A stretch of DNA of 64,000 nucleotides from Neophaeotheca triangularis (lineage: Eukaryota): positions 1 to 64,000 of the forward strand of contig BAAIJX010000030.1 of the NCBI GenBank assembly GCA_054600435.1. The letters run 5' to 3'. The position numbers and the translations under genes were made by a program. Below the pieces are notes generated by a model, which did not search any database, was not told where the DNA came from, and saw nothing but the letters and a program-made list of their open reading frames with translations. Positions 46,652-59,419 of the stretch are shown here, piece after piece. The first letter of the stretch is position 1; the number at the start of each line of letters is the position of its first letter.

Positions 46652-46804
46652 ATGTCCAAAGTCATGATCACGATTGATGGCAATACCGGGGTCGAGTTCT
46701 TGGTGCAACGTGATCTCCTACCACGCTGCTCGGGGCACTATGCAAGAATGACAAGACTTCCCCTCATGGTGCCCCGCGTGATCTTGTCAGAAACTGGGCC
46801 CTGA
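46652..46804 (+). pseudogene. Possible BTB/POZ-domain gene remnant
   Basis: MSKVMITIDGNTGVEFLVQRDLLPRCSGHYARM resembles the BTB N-terminal pattern, but the frame stops early. Confidence 0.3.
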
Positions 46805-47707
46805 CTAGTAAAAGGTAGGTAGCCATGCCATGCCCCGAGCGGACTGAACCGAAGCGTGCAGTGACTTTTTGATGCAAGTCTTTTTACCGTGATGGCAATC
46901 TGTTAATAGCGCACCTCATCTTTGTCCTCGTCGATGTCGTGATTGCGGGATATGGTGGGCGGGCAGAGCTGAAATGGAGATGAATTAGAGAGAGATTTGG
47001 TAGCAAGTAAAGAACTCATCATCACCATCATCGCTCATCGGAATGTGCGGCATGCCGATGCAAACTTGATACAAAAGCGTGGCACCGATGAAGCGAGGCT
47101 ATCCGCGGCCTTTTGTCGTTGCTGACGATCCATCAGTCTTGGCAAAATTGCGTCGATCGTGATGGTCAGGGCCGGGAACATCGAACACGACGTCCCAAAC
47201 TCTGGCAAACATTCTCCTTCTCCCTCTTCACGACCACTCTGAGCTTGCTGTTCCACACCAGCCATCTGAGCTGCTTCACAACCCCACCCGTTTTTGCATT
47301 TTTCAACCCTCCCGAGAGACCTTGTCGAGTCTCCAAGACACACAGGTGAGTACCGTCGCGCAGCCAATGGCATGCCTCGCAATTCGAAACCTGCATAAGC
47401 CCTGCCTGTTATCCATGGGGAGTGGTCTAAGGCGCCGAGGACACGGATAAGGACAAGGACAGCGACAAGAGAAGGACAGAATGATATAAAGCCAGTCACC
47501 GACTCCTTTGCTATCTCTGCCTAGCTGTCCCCCTCACTGCGAGCTCCTTCTGTACCACTCCCAAGGTTTCAACCCCGTGATCCTTCACAGCAACAGCGAT
47601 AAAGCTCTCCGAGGAGACAGCAGCAACTGACCGACTTCTTCCACCAGATTCATTGAGCTAGTTCCTTTTTTCCTTTCATCAATCACACCTCATCCATACG
47701 AGCAAAC

Positions 47708-50700
47708 ATGTCTGCTCCCACGATCCCTCCACGCCCGACTCGCGGCTCTCACGGTCAGGGCGGGCCAGCCGGTGCCAACCAGGGTGTCCCCCAGATCCCT
47801 CCTCGCCCTGTTCGCAAGATCGACCGCTCCCCGAGCCGTGAGGCACACACTCGCTCCCCTCTGAACGATCTCCCTCCCACCTCCATGAGCAATGGCAAGC
47901 TGTATGGCCACAGCAATTTGTCCGCATCGGACCTGCCTCCCCGCCCTCCAAGCGTTCAGAAACTGCCGTCCGTCGGTCAAGAAGGCTATGAATACGACAG
48001 CTATGATCAGCTCCCCAGCGAGGCCGATAACAACACCCATGAACAACAGCGAAATGTCGCTGCAGACCTGCCCATGCACGCGCCTACGGCGTCTGTGCCC
48101 CAGTCTACAGCGAAGTCTCGTATAGCTGCCGTCACACGCACAGACAGTTCGCAGGCCGCGGCAGCAGGTATTGGCAAGCCGAGACCCGCAACTGCCTCCG
48201 ACAGCGAAGGTTCGCCCCTCGTGAAGGTCTCGAGCGAGGAGAATGAGCTTAGGCGCATACCTTCGGGCGAGCGCCACCCCTTGAGGCAACAGACAAGTGC
48301 CAACCGATCGAGCTCCAGACTTTCTGCCAGTGGTCGTAGACCGTCTAGCGCTCAGGGCGAGGAGGCACATGGTATTCCGGAGATAGGAATGCAGGTTCCC
48401 ATGAACCCAAATGCAGGTGACGTGCAAGCACCCTCGCCCACCCCATGGCAAAGTCAGCATGCGCCTGGCATTGGCTACTGGAACGATGGCTCAGCTCGCG
48501 CCCACAGTAGGAAGAGAAGCTCGAAGCATGAATTTGGCCCTCCAGGAAGCTATGGAATGCACTCGCATGGCCAAGAGCCCGAGTCCCAATTTGAAAGGAA
48601 CTGGGCTCTTAAGCATCCGGAGGAAGCTCTCAGAGAAGGGCATCATGTATACGGACCGCCCAGACCGGAGACTGCTCTCAGCAGCGAAGACTTGAACAGG
48701 CTCGTGGCTGAAGCTGAGGACGTGGGGATGGGTAAGTTTGCGATTGTGCTATTGTCAGGGAGGGATTGTGCTAACAGCGACAGGCACGTCTCGCAACGCC
48801 ATCAGTACGCCCTCTCAAGAGGTCGGTTGGGCTGCCAGCGAGCAATACACCACTCGCATGACTTCTCCAAAGCCATCACCTCTCGGAATGGGTGGTATCA
48901 AGAAGCGCCCTTCGAGCGGCGCTCAGCCGGCGCTAGAATCTCCCCTTCGCAAGTCAAGCTTCCCCGTGGAAGAGACGAGACACATGCGTGACCGTAACAG
49001 CGCTATGGACAGTGAGGACGATGATGAGGTGATACATGTTGACCAGACACTCAAGCCCGGAAGCAAGGTCACTGGTGGAGGCGTAGACGATGCGAAAGAA
49101 GATCTAGGGCCTATGGCGGGCAACACGGACGAACACGGCGGCTGGGTGGACGAGCGCGGATACGGTGTGCCCATCTTGGCTTCCGACGAGGTTATGAAGC
49201 GGCCCGAGAGCGCATTCTTGCAACCTGCTATCAATCCGGATCAAGAACGCAGAGGCAGTGGCAATTACGAAGACGATAGCGATCATGCAGTTGGGTTCGG
49301 TCACCGCAAGAGCAGTCAGCCCAACAGTAGGTCCGGCTCAAGGCCGGGATCCCGACCTAGTAGCATGCACGGCGGCTTTCACGGCGGTCTGACTAGGTTC
49401 ATTTCGAGGGAAGAGGAACACCACTCTGGTATGGGCACGCCCTTGGAAGAAATTGAAGAGTACGAGCCGTTGTTCCCCGACGACGACGATGACACCAAGG
49501 CGGAAAAACTTCGCAAGAACGCAGTTAGGGCGCAGAGGCCGGGTCTCGCTCAACATCACTTCCCCAGTCAAGATGTTTGGGAAGATACGCCCAATTCTCT
49601 ACAGCTTCAGACCACAGTGGAGACCCCAGAGCCCGCGAGGGAACAGCGTTCTGCGGATACGGAGAAGCCCGCCACCGCGGTCTTCGAGACCCCCGAGCAG
49701 GAGCAGAGGCGTCGTACTGAGAATCCCGAGGATATGACCAGTGATCGCAAGACTTTCGCGAAACCACACTTCAGCAAAGGCGGTCAGGGAGACTTTCACG
49801 ACAACAGGTCTCACGTCCATCGCTTCCCCAGTCGCGATGTATGGGAGGATACGCCGGACAGCATGAGGATCGAGACCACCGTTAGTGGGCCGCAAGAGGA
49901 AGAGATTGATAGCCCACAAGATGCTCGACCGACGACAACTGGCATGGCAGAGGATGATGACTCTGCTCGCGCTACTACTGGAATCGGCGCGTCGAAGCCC
50001 CAGATCCCAGCACGACCGGAAAGGAAGAGCAAGCTCGCGCAGGAGATCAAGCCTGACGTGCCGCAAAAGGAGGATTCAAGGGAGCAGGAGGTGCCTGATC
50101 TTGGTGAAAAGACATCTTCTCCTACAAAGGGCGCTGCTCCTTCTATTCCTGAAAGACCCAAACCTTCTGTCCCAGCGCGCCCTACCAGGCAGACGTCCTC
50201 AGACGGTGCGCCGCTTACCAAGCAGACATCATCGCAGAGCAATGGCTCCGGCGTCACCTCTCCACCGGTTCCCAAGACTAAGCCTGCGGTACCCGCACGC
50301 CCAACTGGCAGCAAGATCTCCGCGCTCCAATCGACCTTCATGAACGACCTCAACTCACGCCTCAAACTCGGGCCCCAGGGCCCACCACCACAAGCCAAAG
50401 AAGCCGAACCCGAGCCCCAAGAGGAAAAGGCACCACTCGTAGACGCCCGCAAGAGCCGCGCCAAGGGTCCCGCCAGGCGCAAGCCGGCCGCTTCGCCCAC
50501 GCCCGCAGCAGCCGTCGACGCAACCCCGGTCGCTTTCACCTTCTCGCCTTCCTTCACGCTCTGGCACATTGATGAGAACGAGAAGCTCAACGTCCCGGTC
50601 TCGTCGAGCGCACAAGCGAATGAAGCTCAAGACGCCGCCGATGCGGTGGAAGCGAGCATCGCGGCAAACGTCGAAACCAACGCTGCTCTCGATGCCGAGG

Positions 50701-50963
50701 CCATTCCCGCTGATGCCACTGTCGAGACGGCGGCAGAAGCAGCTCAAGACCCGCTTGAGTCTGTTGAGCAGCCCATGGCGCCGCAGATGCGGGACGAGGC
50801 TATCGGCGCTGAGGGCGATGCGCCGCCTCCTGCGGTTTCCCCTGAGACTGTCCAGAGTCAGGACAAGGTATTGGGGGGTCTGCAAGAGGCTTTGAGGGAT
50901 TCGGAGATGGCTGAGGAGGACGTCAAGCAGGAGAAGGAGAAGAGTATGGTTAGAGAGGAATAA
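47708..50963 (+). CDS. AIM21: Aim21-like actin-patch protein (DUF3210), 1067 aa; exons 47708-48731 and 48784-50963
   Basis: Multiple PxxPxR motifs and the C-terminal block KPAVPARP...SKISALQSTFMNDLNSRLKLGP...PLVDARKSRAKGPARRKP; intron GTAAGT...GCTAAC...GACAG. Confidence 0.8.
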
Positions 50964-51670
50964 GAGGGTGTCTTGCGTGTTGCTGTGTAATTGCGCGTCC
51001 AGAGAATTGGGAGTCACGAAGAAGTTTCTGGTGTTTTAACAAAAGACCTTAACGAGGTATTTGGTCTGCTCTCGAAGTTGTGTTTGCTAATTTAGGGGGT
51101 TTTGCGGGGGAACAAAGGGAAAAGGATTCATTCTGTCGTTCTATAGCTAGCTGGTCCCAATTCGGTTTCTGCTATCGCTACTACACTCGTGAATCGTGGT
51201 CCCCTCTTGCACCCAAACAGTCGCAAGAAGCATTGCGCCGGACCGATGCAAATCCCCTCCGCGCTCGAAAGGTAAAGTTCAACTCTTCTCCGCCCGATGC
51301 CCAGCTCAGACAGCCCTTGTATCACTTCAATAAACCCGAAACATGCACGCGACCTACCGTTTGCCCGGCTCCCAAACGTCTTCTGCCCCAACACCCGTTC
51401 GGACCGAGCGCAGTGAGTGAAGGAAAACATCCCTCTCTCTCGTCACGTCTCATGTCGTCTCGGCTCCCACAACGCGCCCGTCGCGGATGAGGGTGGGAGA
51501 AACTAGCACGAAACCAACCCCGGACGGTGTGGCGCCCACGCGACGTGTTTTTGTTCAAAAAAAACCAAAAGCAACCCGACGTACGTGTCTGAGACTTTTG
51601 CTCGTGGGTTTGGATGGGTGCGCCGGAGTCGCGGGTGTCTTGGACTGCGACTGGGGCCTGGGTGTGAGAC

Positions 51671-51711
51671 TGGGAGTGGGAGTGGGAGTGGGAATGGGAG
51701 TGGGAGTGGGA
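51671..51711 (+). repeat. (TGGGAG)n hexamer repeat with seven GGG tracts
   Basis: tgggagtgggagtgggagtgggaatgggagtgggagtggga. Confidence 0.85.
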
Positions 51712-53302
51712 CTGCGACTATCGTGGGCTGGAGGTGGGATCTGCTATGGGTTTTGTTTAGGTGATTATTAACTTAACTTACTACTGTGGGAGGGTTTGGA
51801 GATGGGTTCGTTGTACCAAGGTTGTTCTGGGCTTGGAGGTGTCGGGTAGGTAGGTTAAGGTGGGCGCGGGCGATGTCATTGTGCAGCTTTTGCTCAACGG
51901 GCATGATGGGGTGGATGCGTTCGCCGTTTTCTTCTTCTGCTTGACTTTTGTTTTATTATTAAGGAGGTAGGTATCAGTGGTTGATGATTTGCGCTGACAG
52001 CGGATTGTTTTGTTTGGTAGGGATTGTTCGCTCAAAGGCTAGGTAATGAGGTGATGCTTGAGATGGATGGCGGTCCCCTTTCACCGGTCTGACGCGCTGT
52101 CGTTTATATACATATGTCGACGCAGGCCGTACGATTATTCCCGATACTCGCCCTCTTTTCGCCCGTCGGTTGCATGCTACTAATGCTACTACTACCTTAA
52201 TGACTTAACCTGCGTGAGGAGTCGTACCTACGTACCAAAGTATATTTTTCTTTGTTGGCGACCCGACATGTGAAGAAGGAGTAATGTCGTTGGCTGCGAC
52301 AATACCTTACCTTACACCACCTTACTGTAGGTAACTGTAGGTAATGAATGACTCGACTTTGTTAATATTACTGTTGCCTTGGACCGGGTTACGCCTAGTG
52401 TATCATGCGTGGGTAAAACCCGACAGGTGTTCGTCACTGACAGAGTGTGTACATGTGTTGTTAAAGATGACGAGACGGGAGGTACCCATGTAGAAGGCGG
52501 GATAGATGAGATACCTTGTTAGATGGAGGCGGCCTTGTTCGCTGACGACGGGAGCTTGCTGAGGCAGAAGGTCGATTGCCAACCCAACCTAAGTCAGGCT
52601 TTTTCCCATTGTTCTTGCCTTTGTTTGCGTTGTACTGGAAAGTACCTTACCTAGTATAGATGACTGGAGTAATGATATGAGTAGAGGTAGATGGATGATT
52701 AGGTTGATGCCACAGTATTAGATACTGCAGATATTAGTATCAGTATCAGTAATGACTTGTCAGTATCCATTTTCATTCTCATTTTCACTTTGATATTGAC
52801 TTGGCACGTGAGTAGTACCGCCCGCCCCGACGCCCATCCCCTGCCAGCCCGGCTAGTCTCGTTTGCGCTAAGGTAATGAAATCTTTCGCTCGCTCAACCC
52901 CCAATTTGCAACACTACTTCACCTTGTTGTCTCTCTTCACAACATCACCACCACCACCCTCGGGACGTCGAATACCACCCTTCGTGTCCTCCCTTCTCCC
53001 CCCAAACAGCGCGTCTCGTCCTCGACAGACCGCTTCCACCCACCCCCGTCTGCCGCGCCCATCTGCTCCGCAGGCAGGAATAACGTGCCCTTAGTTGGAC
53101 GTCACGTCACGACCTCTTCACTTGCACGCCGCCCATCGACCGGCACCACAATTACTACTACTGCTACTACTACTACCACCACCACGACACCTCCACTCCT
53201 AGGCATACGCTTCTCCGAGCCTACGCCTTCACCACCCGCTCATCAGCGACTTTGCCTTCTCCACTCTACTACCACACCACCACCACTTCCCACATACATC
53301 TA

Positions 53303-56300
53303 ATGACCAGCGCAATCCCGCCAAACGCTACATCGCCCTCCAACGACGCGCAAGCACCCGTCATCGCTTCTTCGACCGCTTCCGGTACGACGTCGCCGTT
53401 GCCAGGAGCTGTGCCGGCGCAGCCCCAGGCAAGGTCTTACGCAAGCGCCGCCACCAAGACGGCTTCCCACGCCCCCTCCGCCTCCCAGGCAGGAGCCTCC
53501 GCACCGCAGCAAAATGCAAAGCAGAGCACTGAGTCTCCGGTAAACGGCTCAACTCAAATGCAGCAAGGAGGCTCCATGGTCGCAAACTCAAACGGCCTGC
53601 CTAACGGGACATCTTCACACTCTGAACACGCAAAGAAGCCTTCAGTCGTCATCAACGCGTCTGGTGCTACCGGCTCTACAACAAACGGCGGCCCAGTCAG
53701 CTCCGGCGGCAGCAGGCCCAACATCAATTTTGGTTCCATGAACGCGCAAGATTCGCCGAGTGCTCAAGCCAGCGCACCATACCAACCACAAAACGCTTCG
53801 CTGTCTACACCGGCACGCGACCCGCGCGTTACTTCACCTGCGCACTCTCCATCTCCTATTCCGGCCCCATCTGCAAGCGGAGGTCGCCCGCCGTCCATGT
53901 CACAGGCTCAAAGCAACGGTTTGCCAAACTTCGGCAGCATGGCAGGTGACAACAGTGACCAGGTACCTTCGAACTCACCGTCCAATGTCTCTTCCAACTC
54001 TCCACTAACTTCTTTGCAGCGTCAAACCCAAATGCTAAATCAAGGCCCGCTCGCACCAGGCATGCAATCAGAGCACATGCGCCGTACATCTTCCCAGTCG
54101 ATGCATGGCGACATGAGCAACCCAGGCATGCAAATGAGGAACTCCTTCACCCCTCAAGGTCGTGGCCGCGGTTTCGCCCAGCCGCCCTACAACGGCATGC
54201 CTTCGCCCAGCCAGGCCTACCGCCAGCCAGCACAGCCCTACCGCGGCAGCATGCCACCGAGCTCCCCCTACCAGAGGAACGCTGGCCCAATTCAGCCTCA
54301 ACAACAGCACTACCCTGGTTTCCAGGAGTACCACGCACAGGTAAATAAAGTCCCACCGTTTCCCCAACACGACTCCATTCTCTACTTTACTCAGCACCAC
54401 ACCAGCTAAGAGAGTCGGTCTTTCGAACCAAAAGCTAATCAACTCGTGTACAGCACCAAGGAGCTTCCTTTGGCCAGCCCCCTTACAACCCGTACGCAGG
54501 CCACTACCAGCCTTACTACGGCTACAACCAGTTCCCCGGCCAGGGCCCACCGCCATCTCCACGACCATCTTACCCTGGACAGCCTCCCTATGGCAGCATG
54601 CCGGGGCACGGCGCACCCCAACAACACCCACCCTTCAACCCAACACCGATGTCGCGATCTACTTCAACTGCCAGCGAGGCACGCCCTGAGTCGAGGGTTG
54701 GCCAGGCCAACACGCCCATGTCACAGCCTCCCCAGCCCTCGCAAACGCCCGTCTCGCATCAGCAGCAGGGTTCGCAGAGCTCGAACTTTGTGCGGCCGAC
54801 CAAGAGCAAGGCGATCAAGATCACCAACGACAAGGGTGAGGTTGTTAACCTCAGCAAGACTGCCGCTTCCCCTAGCGCTCCGGCTCAACAACCTTCCGCA
54901 CCAGTGATTGTATCCACACCAACCACCGCCACTCCTCCTCCACGTGTACCTAGTAGCCAGCATAACAGAACTGACAGCAACAAGCCTCTAGACCCCAAGG
55001 CCGCCGAGGCGACCAAGAATGCTTTCCAGGAGCAGGTCAAGAAGCAGATGGCCGAGGAGAAGCGTAAGCAGGAGGCAGAGGAGGCCAAGACCAAGGGTCA
55101 AGATGACACCGAGGCAAAGGCAACCAAGGAGCGTGAAGACGCCGAGGCTACCGCCAACGCCGAAAAGGTCAAGGAGGCTGCCGCAGAGGCGGAGAAGGCT
55201 GCTGCATCTGCCGCGGATGATAAAAAGGCCGAAGACGAGGCCGCTGCTGCGTCCAATGCCGCCAAGGAGGCTGAAGACGAGAAGGCTCGCAAAGAGAAGG
55301 AGGAGGATGAGCGCCTTGAGCGCGAGATTGCTGAGATGGAGGCCAAGGAGAAGGAAGAGGAAGAGCGTGAGAAGGCATACCAGGAGAAGAGGGCCAAGGA
55401 GAAGGCAGAGAAGGAGAAGCGTGAAGCCGAGGCCAACGCCCAATCCGATGCCGACCTCAAGAGGCAGGAGCGTGAAGCTGAGGAGCGCGAGCTCGCCCGC
55501 GAGCGTGAGCGCGAAGGCAAGACGGCCGCTCCCGCAGAAGGCCCTTCGGACGAAGCCAAGGCCATGTTCGCTTCGTTGAAGAAGCCCGAGATTGGCCCTG
55601 GTGCATCCGCGGCGGCTTCCGCTGAGACAAGCGGCGCACAAACACCGGCCGCTGAGGAAACCTCCCAAGAGATGCCACCTCCATCGAGCAACCTTGCCCA
55701 ACGTCCAACAGGCGCGCAGAAGCCCAAGCCCGCTCACCTCAAGCTCGAGACTAACAAGCGTGTAGAACCTGCTGAGCCCACTCCCGGTATGCAGGCTCTC
55801 AAATCTGCCCGCTTCCTCGAGGTTCAAGAAGACCTCAGGTACCCCGAAGGCGTCAGGTCGCCCAACCCAGCCCTCAACCAGGGCGGCGCTCGCAAAGGCC
55901 GTGCTTACGACAAGGACTTCTTGCTTCAATTCCAGTCCGTCTTCAAGGAAAAGCCATCTGTCGACTGGGACCAGAAGGTCAAGGAGACTCTGGGTGCCGA
56001 CGAGCCTGGATCCGCCCGCCCTCAATCTGCTCGCACACCCTCCGGTATGCAATCCCGCCAATCTTCTGGTCGTCCTGCGCCGCAGCAGATGCAAAGCATG
56101 GGGCAAATGGGCTCTTTCGGTGGCCCAATGGGCGGTCGCACTGTCCCTCCAGGCACTACTTCCAAGGAGAGATTTGCTGCTTCCCAAATGAACCAACGCC
56201 CTGGCGGCATGGCTATGCCTGCCCCAATGGGAGGTCGTATGCCTAGCAACCTTGGCATGGGTACGCCTGGCGTCGGCATGAGCCGCAACAACTCTTTGCA

Positions 56301-57852
56301 GCAGATGGGACAGATGGGTGGACCTGGCTCGCCTCGTCAAGCCAGCTCTCGTGGCGGCAAGGGTGCCAGCAGGCGTGGAGGCGATCGTGCTCCAAGCAAA
56401 CGCGAGGAAGCGGAGATGGCAAGCAAGATGCCTCTCACTGCCAACATGGACCTCAAGCCACTCGAGAAGTCCGGATCTGGCTGGAAGCCTACCAGTATCG
56501 GCCAGCCTGTCGCTGTTGGTCCTGACCCAAGCGGCGCCATGGCTCCCGACATGGTGCAGCGTAAGGTCAAGGCTGCGCTCAACAAGATGACTCCTGAGAA
56601 GTTCGACAAGATCTCGGACCAGATTCTCGAGATTGCCGGCCAGTCCAGGAACGAGACGGACGGCCGCACTCTGCGCCAAGTTATCCAGCTTACCTTCGAG
56701 AAGGCTTGCGACGAGGCTCACTGGGCTGGCATGTACGCTCGCTTCTGTCACCGCATGTTGACCGCCATGAGCGGCGACATTCGCGACGAGACTATCATGG
56801 ACAAGCAAGGCAACCCTGTTGTTGGTGGAGCTCTTTTCAGGAAATACCTCCTCAACCGCTGTCAAGAAGAGTTCGAGCGCGGATGGCAAGCCAACCTTCC
56901 CGAAAAGCCAGAGGGCGAGACGGAGGAGGCTGCTCTTCTGTCTGAAGAGTACTACATCGCCGCCGCTGCCAAGCGTAGGGGTCTGGGTCTCATCCAGTTC
57001 ATCGGCCAGCTCTACAAGCTGGGCATGTTGACTCTCCGCATCATGCACGAGTGTGTCATGCGTCTGCTGAACTTCGAAGGCGAGCCTGATGAGGCCGCTG
57101 TTGAGAACTTGACAACTCTGCTCAAGTCTGTCGGCCCCACTATGCACACGCAAGAACAAGGCCGCACGTTCCTTGACGCCTACTTCCAGCGCATCGATGA
57201 AGTACTCCTTAAGAAGGCTTCGCTTCCGAGCAGACCGCGCTTCATGGTGATGGATCTTGTCGACCTCCGCAAGGCCGGATGGACTAGCAAGGACGATGCA
57301 AAGGGACCCAAGACCATCCAGCAGATTCACGCCGAGGCTGAGGCAGCTCAGCAAAAGGCCGCGCTCGAAAATGCCCGCACCAACCAGCGCGGTGGAGGTC
57401 AAGGCGGTCGCATGCCGCAAGGTCGTGGCGATGCTCGCAACTTCTCCCAGCCACCTCCCGTTGACTACAGCAGGACCACGGTGGGCATGGATGACCTCAG
57501 GAGATTGCAGAACCGTGGGCAAAGGCCTACCGGTGCGAGCTTGGGCCCTGGTGGTTCTCTCGGACCATCCGGTCTCAACGCCAGGACCAACAGCCGCCGC
57601 GGCAACCTTGGCCCCGGCTCATCTGGCAACCCATCGAGGACTAGCACTCCCCCTGTTGAGAAGGAGAAGAAGGAAGAGCAGACGAATGCGTTTAGGTAAG
57701 TGACTTTTCTCTCTCAAAGATCAAACTTTACAGCCCACTAACATCCACCCAGCGCCCTTGCCGACCTCGATCAAGGCGATTCAGGCGAACGCGAACGCGC
57801 CAAATCCCCTGCGCCCACCGAAAAGGCGCCCGAAGCTGCTTCGAACCCATGA
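53303..57852 (+). CDS. TIF4631: Translation initiation factor eIF4G, ~1440 aa; exons 53303-53962, 54020-54340, 54454-57695, 57753-57852
   Basis: eIF4E-binding motif YDKDFLL, MIF4G domain (VQRKVKAALNKMTPEKFDKI...FRKYLLNRCQEEFE...AKRRGLGLIQFIGQLYK) and KGPKTIQQIH; three canonical introns. Confidence 0.95.
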
Positions 57853-59419
57853 GATACCCCCGAAAGCGAACCAATCACACCTTCACGGCTGTACAATACA
57901 AAACCCATCCTTACTACTTCTAATGCCCGATTGTACCCTGGGGCACACTTCTCGATAGACTATCAAACGAACGCACTTCACGCCTTTTCTCTCGCCCGGC
58001 CGCAAGGAAAACCTCTTCCCGCCTCACTGCAAAGCGAGAATCAGCCGGGCGGATACTTTGGCACCTTCATCCCTCTCACTCCTTGCAAAAGGACGAGGGC
58101 TGAGCACAAAAATTGGCGTTATAATTCGACTCGAATCTGGGAGATTCGACTCATGGGAAACTGGAGTAAGAGCGCTTTTTGCCGAGCTGAGCACCTGTGT
58201 GTTTCCCCTTGCTTTTCTTCCTTTTTTGGTGGAAAACAGGGGTCATCGGCGGCGGCGGTTGTATGCATGGTCGCGTGCGAGCGGGCAGCATTGGACGGAA
58301 GGACGGACGGACGAACGGGAGGAAGGCATTTGCAACTGCGGGTGGCATACAGAGTTTTGGGGGCATGGGTGGGCTTGTTTTCTCTCTTCGTGTGGATGCA
58401 GATTCCTGTCTGCCTGGCTGCCTGTTTGCCTGCCCGGCCTCATCTCTCCCTCCCTTTCTACTCATGGGTACAAACGACGATAGCCGGCCTTGTGGTAATA
58501 ACTACAAGCAAGCCTCGTCTAGTTTGGGACTGCTCCAGCCGGCCGCCGTTGCTGTCCCCAAGAAAAGGGAATGAAGAGTTCATTGCCATCAGGCGATGGA
58601 AGAGGCCGTGGCTAAAATGCTGATGGGCTGTTTTTGTTGCTTGTTTGTTTGCTTGCTTGCTTGCTTGTAATTCCTCCAAAAATTTCAGTTTTCTTTCTTC
58701 CATGTGTTTTATTCCTTGTCCTGAGCAACTTGTACGCCTGTGTTAGTATCTTTAGCTCCTTTCAGATCACGAGAAGGTTTGATTGTAAAATGGCCTTCTC
58801 TGCGTCGTCCATGTACTTTTTGCTAGCTTTGACGTGTGTCTTCTTTACTTTAAAATAAGTCGTAGGGGTTTCCAATGACGGGTGTGCTCTTGCTTCGCGT
58901 TGTATACTTGTTTGTTTTGTGCCGGTCTACTACTAGTCTTCGTCGCCGTTGGTAGGCTACTTACTACCTTGGGTCCTGGTTCCATCTTTGCTCGGCTCGA
59001 GGGGAGATATGGCCATGTTTGGACAGACGGTATTGGTACGATTGCAAATCACGAGGTTCATGTCTAGCCGTTAAGTTACTCCGGGTGGGTCTACTCTCAG
59101 CTTTTTGACGTGAGCTGTGTGTCTACGGTAAGAAACGTATATATATATATATATATCTGACCTGGGTTTTCTTTTTTTCTTTTTTTCTTCTTTTTTCTTT
59201 TTTGCGAAAGGACTCCTGACTGTGGCGGTTCGATACGGGTACACTACGTTGCCAACGGGACGGGCTGGCCTCGACTGGCCCGCTCGAGAATCTTTCTCCC
59301 TCTCTCCTTCTACATACACACGTACAACTGCGCCATCCATCGCCTTGAGCCCCCTAACCCGTTCACACAGAACCAGCGGCCCGTTAAAAAAACCTCCCGT
59401 CTCAATTCCCCATCCCTCC

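Noticed and set aside
54988..57522. 844-aa antisense ORF and other long antisense ORFs (e.g. 13940-15067)
   Set aside because: Shadow frames produced by GC-biased codon usage of the sense genes; no recognisable domains.
57931..58623. 230-aa ORF downstream of eIF4G
   Set aside because: TTG start, microsatellite-rich sequence and no coding bias; likely the eIF4G 3' UTR.
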